Positions 58,553 through 64,000 of a stretch of 64,000 nt of DNA are shown here, piece by piece. Where the stretch lies: contig JAOPTT010000006.1 of assembly GCA_051531975.1 (NCBI GenBank), positions 526,977 to 590,976 of the forward strand, given 5' to 3'. Origin of the DNA: Spirochaetaceae bacterium (GTDB lineage: Bacteria > Spirochaetota > Spirochaetia > DSM-2461). Under the pieces are notes generated by a model. It searched no databases. It was not told where the DNA came from and was given only the letters and a program-made list of their open reading frames with translations. Both the position numbers and the translations under genes were made by a program. Numbering within the stretch: the stretch's first letter is position 1; the number at the start of each line of letters is the position of its first letter.

Positions 58553-60001
58553 ATGATTTTTAGAAATAAAGAAAAAATTGATGCTTCTCATATAAATATA
58601 ACATTAAAACCATTTTTAAATATTAAACCTCAAATTTATATTCCAATTATATATTCAGTTATTTTTGCTATAGTATTTTTTACTATAATTATTCTACCCG
58701 GAATATTAAAAAATGGTACAGAATTAAATATTACATCAACTCCAGGGAATGCTTCTGTTTATATTGATGATGTTAGGATTGGTTCAACACCATTAAAAGT
58801 GTTTGTAGAGAAAGGCAAAAAAACTATACTAATAAAGAAAGATAATTTTATTGATGTTTTAATAGATAAAAAAGTTCGTGGTAAGTTATTTTTCTCTCTA
58901 TTTAATAAAAAAAGGGAGGATATACATACAAATTTATTATCTAAAAATGGAAAACAAATATTAGAAAATGCATATTTAGAAATGTCACGGTGGAGTTTAA
59001 TTAATAATAAAGATGTAAAAAATAGATACAGGATACCTTCTTTATTGTCTTTAAGTGTTAAAGATTATTACAGATCAACTGATTTTGATAAAAAAACATT
59101 AGATAATTATCTATTATCTTCAATTAAATTAGTTACAAATGAGAACATCTTTAGCGATTATCTTAGAGCAATTATGATTTCTGAATCCGACTATAGACTT
59201 CCATCAATATCATCTATTAAAAATAGTATTATTTTTGTTAATAACATTGTTGAAGAGAATCCAAATACTCCTCTTCTATTATATAATGAGATTTTAAAAG
59301 ATATAAAATCTGATAATAAATATTACAAATTGTTAACTGATAGACACAGAAAAATTATAAATAAAAATGTAATCTCTTTTGAAGATCCAAAGGATGATGT
59401 AGATATAGGAAGTATGACTTTTAAATATATCCCAAATTCAAATATCACACCTTATGATGTTAATTTTATTCATAACATAACTGAGGAAAGTTTTTACATA
59501 TCTGAACTTATGGTCTCTAAGGAAAACTATCTAGATTTTGTATCAAAAAATCCAGAATGGAATACTGAAAATAAAGATTCCTTAGTTTCTGATAAATTAG
59601 TTGATAACTATTATCTTAGTTTTGAAAACAGTGAAGAGTATATAACAAATGTTTCTTATTTTGCTGCATTAGCTTGGTGTAAGTGGGCTAACTCATATTA
59701 TGAAATACCTGAGGGTTGGATTATTAATTTACCAACAGAAAACATGTGGTTTAGTGCAGTATTATACGGTATTAATCTTAATGTTGAGGCTTGGCAGTGG
59801 ACCGATCAAGGATTTTACCTTTATGATCATTTTTTAACTAATAATAATGGTGTACCTATTACTCCATTTACAGATATAACACCAAGACTTGTAGTTGGTG
59901 AAAATAAGTATAATACAAAAGCAGAATCAGGACGAGGTGTACAAGAAGCAAACTGGTGCACTCCATTTTTAAGTTTTAGACCAGTTCTGGTAAAGGAATA
60001 G
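58553..60001 (+). CDS. Membrane-anchored PEGA-domain protein with a C-terminal FGE-sulfatase-like domain
   Basis: TM helix; PEGA LNITSTPGNASVYIDDVRIGSTP; FYISELMVS...NVSYFAALAWCKW...LPTENMW...FRPV. Confidence 0.75.
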   Translation: MIFRNKEKIDASHINITLKPFLNIKPQIYIPIIYSVIFAIVFFTIIILPGILKNGTELNITSTPGNASVYIDDVRIGSTPLKVFVEKGKKTILIKKDNFIDVLIDKKVRGKLFFSLFNKKREDIHTNLLSKNGKQILENAYLEMSRWSLINNKDVKNRYRIPSLLSLSVKDYYRSTDFDKKTLDNYLLSSIKLVTNENIFSDYLRAIMISESDYRLPSISSIKNSIIFVNNIVEENPNTPLLLYNEILKDIKSDNKYYKLLTDRHRKIINKNVISFEDPKDDVDIGSMTFKYIPNSNITPYDVNFIHNITEESFYISELMVSKENYLDFVSKNPEWNTENKDSLVSDKLVDNYYLSFENSEEYITNVSYFAALAWCKWANSYYEIPEGWIINLPTENMWFSAVLYGINLNVEAWQWTDQGFYLYDHFLTNNNGVPITPFTDITPRLVVGENKYNTKAESGRGVQEANWCTPFLSFRPVLVKE

Positions 60002-60003
60002 TT

Positions 60004-60468
60004 ATGGCAAAAAAAAAGGAAGCTCCTGGTACGCTAGGAAAAAATAGAAAAGCATTTTTTAATTACAGTATCGAAGAGAGTCTTGAATGTGGAATAGAAT
60101 TAAAAGGGACAGAAGTTAAATCTTTAAGAGATCACCAATTTGCATTTGTAGATTGTTATTGTGAGATTAAAGATAATCAGCTTTGGCTTTATAAATTAAA
60201 TATTAATACTTATGGTTTTGGAAACATACATAACCATATAACAGATAGACCTAGAAGACTTCTTGTGCATTCTAAAGAGATAGATAAATTAGAAAGAAAA
60301 ACAAGGGAGAAAGGTTTTACTCTAATACCCTTAAAATTCTATTTAAAGGGTTCTTTAGTAAAAGTAGAAGTAGGTCTCTGTAAAGGTAAAAAACTCTATG
60401 ATAAAAGAGATACAATAAAGAATAGAGATATGGATAGAGATCAGAGTCGAAAAAGTAAATTCGATTAA
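60004..60468 (+). CDS. smpB: SsrA-binding protein
   Basis: NRKAFFNY, GIELKGTEVKSLR, RRLLVH and GKKLYDKR. Confidence 0.98.
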   Translation: MAKKKEAPGTLGKNRKAFFNYSIEESLECGIELKGTEVKSLRDHQFAFVDCYCEIKDNQLWLYKLNINTYGFGNIHNHITDRPRRLLVHSKEIDKLERKTREKGFTLIPLKFYLKGSLVKVEVGLCKGKKLYDKRDTIKNRDMDRDQSRKSKFD

Positions 60469-60580
60469 ATGAACTAATGAATATGCCTTTAAAATATTCA
60501 AATCCAGTACAACATTATATTTAATACTCAGCTATAACTATACTTTAAAGTTTAAAATAACCATTTTATTTTTGGCTTAT

Positions 60581-60618
60581 TTGCTATTACAACCATATCA
60601 TATTATCATTTAATATGA
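60581..60618 (+). promoter_or_regulatory. Promoter TTGCTA-17-TATCAT straddled by the palindrome TCATATTA-N5-TAATATGA
   Basis: -35 at 60581-60586, -10 at 60604-60609, palindrome at 60598-60618. Confidence 0.6.
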
Positions 60619-60627
60619 GGTAATTTA

Positions 60628-61008
60628 ATGAAAATTTTAGTTATTGATGATTCTACTGTAATGAGAAGAATACATATGAATTTATTAAAAGAGATTGGAT
60701 TTAACAAAAGTGATATTTTAGAAGCGGAAAATGGTGAAGTTGCACTTAAACTAAGTTTAGATAATGATATAAAACTATTTTTACTAGATTGGAATATGCC
60801 TAGACTAAATGGTTTGGATTTTACAAAAAATATTCGGTCTTTAGAAAAGTATAAAAAAATTCCAATTATAATGGTTACATCAGAGGCTGCAAAATATCAT
60901 GTAGTTGAGGCAATAAAAGCAGGTGTAACAAATTATGTAGTAAAACCGATAAAAAGTGATGTCTTAGTTGAAAAGATTAGTAAATATGTAAAAACTGGTA
61001 AAATGTAA
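60628..61008 (+). CDS. Single-domain CheY-like response regulator
   Basis: VIDDSTVMRRI, LLDWNMP, MVTSEA and YVVKP. Confidence 0.92.
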   Translation: MKILVIDDSTVMRRIHMNLLKEIGFNKSDILEAENGEVALKLSLDNDIKLFLLDWNMPRLNGLDFTKNIRSLEKYKKIPIIMVTSEAAKYHVVEAIKAGVTNYVVKPIKSDVLVEKISKYVKTGKM

Positions 61009-61469
61009 TGAAAGCAAAATTTATTAACCCCTTTATCAGTGCTGCAGAAAAATTATTTATTGAATTTTTAGAATTAGATGTAAAGATTGGAAACCCTTTT
61101 TTAATGGATGGTAAAAATGATCTATATGAAGTTTCTGCCATTATTGGTCTAGCTGGCGATACACAAGGTGCAGTAGTATTAAGTTTTCATTCAGATACTG
61201 CGATACAAATGATAACACTATTTGCACATCATGATTATAAATATCTAACAAACGAAGTTTTAGATGGTGTTGGAGAATTTGTAAATATAATTGTTGGAAA
61301 TGCTAAAAAAGATCTTGAAGATTACCGAATTTCAATATCATTACCAGGTGTAGTTACAGGGAAAGACTATAGAATAAAATGGCCTGATGGTGTTCCAATA
61401 ATAACAATTCCATTTCAATCTGAAATAGGTAATTTTACTTTAAATGTTTCTCTATTGGATGCTATATGA
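61008..61469 (+). CDS. cheX: Second CheX-family phosphatase
   Basis: FINPFISA, IIGLAGDTQGAV, GEFVNIIVG (ExxN) and ISLPGVV. Confidence 0.9.
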   Translation: MKAKFINPFISAAEKLFIEFLELDVKIGNPFLMDGKNDLYEVSAIIGLAGDTQGAVVLSFHSDTAIQMITLFAHHDYKYLTNEVLDGVGEFVNIIVGNAKKDLEDYRISISLPGVVTGKDYRIKWPDGVPIITIPFQSEIGNFTLNVSLLDAI

Positions 61470-63619
61470 AAATAAATTCTATTCAAATCAAAGTTGCTTC
61501 TTTAATAATTCTAATTTTAACAGTATCAATAACCTCTGTATTAATATTTACAACTCAAAATCATAAAAATGAACTTATAAAATCAACAGAGCGAACACTT
61601 TCAATAAATACGGGAATTTTAAATACGGTAATTAGAAATATAATGTTGAGTGGTGAAGCTCCAATTGCTACAAAAACTGTTCAAGATCTTAAAACCTTAC
61701 CATCCTTAACTGAAGTTTCTATATATAGAATTGATGGTACGACAGCTTTTAGTGATTATGAAACTATTGATAAGGTTAATAACTATCAGGATACTATTAT
61801 GTTTTCTAAAACTAATCGTATAGAAAATATGATGGCAAATAATTCAAATTTTAATGAAGTTTTAAAAAGTAGAACACCTAAACAAAATGAATTAATTGAA
61901 ACTCAAGAATTAGAGTATTATTTCCCTATTTTAAATTATAAAGAGTGTAGAACATGTCATGGTGATGAAGAATTCATTAGAGGAATTGTCCACTTTAAAA
62001 TTTCTCTTAAAGGTGTTTATAAGACAATAGCTACTTCTACTAAAATAACAACAATATTATTTATTGCAATTGGTATTCTTATTACTTTTTTACTATATAT
62101 ATCTTTAAAAAAAATAGTTTTAAAACCTATAAAAACAATATCTTATGTTGTAAATGAAGTAGGTTCTGGGAATTTAGAAGAGAGAGTTATATTAGATAAT
62201 AAAGATGAACTAGGAACCTTAGGGGCTTATATTAATAATATGATTGTAGGTCTTAAAGAAAGAAATTCTCTACTTATAACTAATCGTGTAATAGAAGCAA
62301 AAAACAGGGAAAATAAAAAATATCTTGATAATATTCAAGAAGGTTTAGTTCTTTTAGATAAAGAATTTAACATTACAGGAATATATTCACTTTATTTCAA
62401 AAAATTGTTTAAAATAGATAATCCTGAGGGTGTATCTATAGAAAAACTAATTTATTCTAATAATGGTTCAACTGAGTTTATTGAATTTCTAGATCTTATA
62501 ATGAATAGTTTACATGCTGATATGGATATGTTATTAGAAATTAATCCTATAGATAATACATCTGTAGTTTTATTTGATAAAAGTAAAATTATTATTGATG
62601 CTTATTTTGCTAGAGTTTTTAACGCAGATGATGAAGTCGAAAATATTATGGTAATTTTTAAAGACCGTACAAAAATAATTCAAGCTGAAGAAGAATTAAA
62701 AAAAGAGAAATTGAAAGGTCTAAGTGAGTTGGAGATAATTTCTTCAATGTTAAAATTAGGAAATAAGGACTTTGAGTCTCTAATTACTGATTTAAAATTA
62801 ATAATTGATAGTATGGAAACTTTTTATGAAAACAATTCTCCTGATAATAAAAATATACTTCTTAGAGACTTACATACCTTAAAAGGTATAGCAAACTACC
62901 TTGGATTCAGACAACTCTCAGAATTACTACATACATCGGAGACATCTATAGCTGATAATAATTCAGAGTTTATTAAGAAAACTTCATCTGAATTAAAATC
63001 AGAATATGAATTGATTGTGTCTATATATGAAAAATTTCAAAGTTTTATAGAAAACAGTGTTGATAAAGATCCATTAAAAAGATTCTTTAATATATTAACA
63101 ACAATGATCAATGAAACTTCAAAGAAGTTAGAGAAAGAAGTTAACTTTAAAATAGAAAGTAATATAGATGAATTCCCCTATCTAGAAGAATTAAAAGGTT
63201 CAATTATTCATTTACTAAGAAATGCAATTGATCATGGAATTGAAGATACATTTGAAAGAATAGAAAGGGGTAAATCTGGTATTGGGACTATTACTTTGAA
63301 ACTATTAGAAAATAAAAATAACTATTTAATAGATATTGAAGATGATGGTAATGGTCTTGATTTTAATCTAATACAAAAAAAAGCAATAGAGAAAGGTATA
63401 ACAAAAAGATTAGATTTGACTCATAATGAATTAACAACAATTCTATTTAAACCAGCCTTTAGTTCAAAAGAAAATATATCCGAAACATCAGGTCGAGGTT
63501 TTGGATTAGATGCTGTAAAAGACAGTGTATATAAATTAAAAGGCACTATAAATATTAAAAATAGAAACTTAAATGGAACTACATTTCAAATTAAATTGCC
63601 AAAGGGAGATAGCTTATGA
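61466..63619 (+). CDS. Membrane-anchored CheA-type histidine kinase: periplasmic CxxCH sensor, HAMP, PAS-like, HPt and HATPase domains, no CheW domain
   Basis: TM1; CRTCH at 61946-61960; TM2; HAMP (KPI...DELGTL); PAS-like LDNIQEGLVLLD; RDLHTLKG; HLLRNAIDHGIE; EDDGNG; FKPAFSS; SGRGFGLDAV; ends at FQIKLP. Confidence 0.88.
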   Translation: MKINSIQIKVASLIILILTVSITSVLIFTTQNHKNELIKSTERTLSINTGILNTVIRNIMLSGEAPIATKTVQDLKTLPSLTEVSIYRIDGTTAFSDYETIDKVNNYQDTIMFSKTNRIENMMANNSNFNEVLKSRTPKQNELIETQELEYYFPILNYKECRTCHGDEEFIRGIVHFKISLKGVYKTIATSTKITTILFIAIGILITFLLYISLKKIVLKPIKTISYVVNEVGSGNLEERVILDNKDELGTLGAYINNMIVGLKERNSLLITNRVIEAKNRENKKYLDNIQEGLVLLDKEFNITGIYSLYFKKLFKIDNPEGVSIEKLIYSNNGSTEFIEFLDLIMNSLHADMDMLLEINPIDNTSVVLFDKSKIIIDAYFARVFNADDEVENIMVIFKDRTKIIQAEEELKKEKLKGLSELEIISSMLKLGNKDFESLITDLKLIIDSMETFYENNSPDNKNILLRDLHTLKGIANYLGFRQLSELLHTSETSIADNNSEFIKKTSSELKSEYELIVSIYEKFQSFIENSVDKDPLKRFFNILTTMINETSKKLEKEVNFKIESNIDEFPYLEELKGSIIHLLRNAIDHGIEDTFERIERGKSGIGTITLKLLENKNNYLIDIEDDGNGLDFNLIQKKAIEKGITKRLDLTHNELTTILFKPAFSSKENISETSGRGFGLDAVKDSVYKLKGTINIKNRNLNGTTFQIKLPKGDSL

Positions 63620-64000
63620 AATTAATGATATTTATAACTTTATCATTTACATTATTATCCTGTTCAAATAAAAAAGAGGTTATTCTACCACCAATAAGTC
63701 AAGAAAATATATCTGGAACAGTATTGTGGAATCGTATAACAAATGAAACGGACTATAATACCTATTCGTATATGCCAGGACAAGAAGGTCTTAAAAATGG
63801 GCAGAGTCCTCATGGAGTTTTACATAAAATATTTGCAAATAAAATCCTTTTAGATGGTTTGCCTGCTAAAAGTGGCACTGTTCCATACGGTTCTATAATA
63901 GTAAAAGAAAACTATACATCAGATGAAGAATTAGATAAATTAACTGTTATGGTTAAAGTAAAAGATTATAATCCTGAAGCTGGAGACTGGTTCTGGGCAG
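63616..64000 (+). CDS. Cytochrome P460-family lipoprotein, truncated by the window end (absent from the ORF track)
   Basis: Manual translation: MKLMIFITLSFTLLSC (lipobox)...SPHGVLHKIFAN...PYGSIIVKENY...TVMVK...YNPEAGDWFWA. ATGA overlap with the kinase stop. The expected CxxCH would lie beyond 64000. Confidence 0.78.
   Translation, partial: MKLMIFITLSFTLLSCSNKKEVILPPISQENISGTVLWNRITNETDYNTYSYMPGQEGLKNGQSPHGVLHKIFANKILLDGLPAKSGTVPYGSIIVKENYTSDEELDKLTVMVKVKDYNPEAGDWFWA

Noticed and set aside
60469..60580. Possible tmRNA or other RNA gene next to smpB
   Set aside because: The gap is too short and AT-rich, with no tRNA-like ends.

Overview
AT-rich, densely coding chromosomal window from a spirochaete. 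The assignment rests on gene order (rpsB-tsf-frr-uppS-cdsA-dxr-rseP without pyrH; cheA-cheW/cheR fusion-cheX-cheY; lepB-lepB-hypothetical-smpB) and a PPi-dependent PFK; the species cannot be determined here. Left to right it holds: a truncated REC/HD-GYP regulator, a DEAD-box helicase, a LacI-family regulator divergent from a nucleoside catabolism and ABC-uptake cluster, a two-gene NAD-linked [FeFe]-hydrogenase, a MoxR/DUF58/Bat operon running into maf-rpsB...rseP, an AAA_14/DUF4143 ATPase, pfp, a ComFB protein, an MMPL/LolA-like/outer-membrane trio, a 26-bp tandem array abutting the dnaB stop, rpsF-ssb-rpsR-rplI-dnaB, the main che operon, sbcB, trhA plus a SET protein, hemW, two signal peptidase I genes and smpB. 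The right end carries a second, unusual signalling operon: CheY, CheX, a membrane-anchored CheA-type kinase with a periplasmic CxxCH motif and no CheW domain, and a cytochrome P460-family lipoprotein. I saw no rRNA, tRNA, tmRNA, IS element or true CRISPR array. The best leads are the haem-kinase/P460/CheX/CheY operon, the terminal-hairpin tandem array, the hinge-less LacI with phased TTACA boxes, the non-bifurcating hydrogenase signature, an apparently catalytically dead LepB paralogue and recurrent leaderless promoters. All calls come from motif recognition by eye; no database searches were run.
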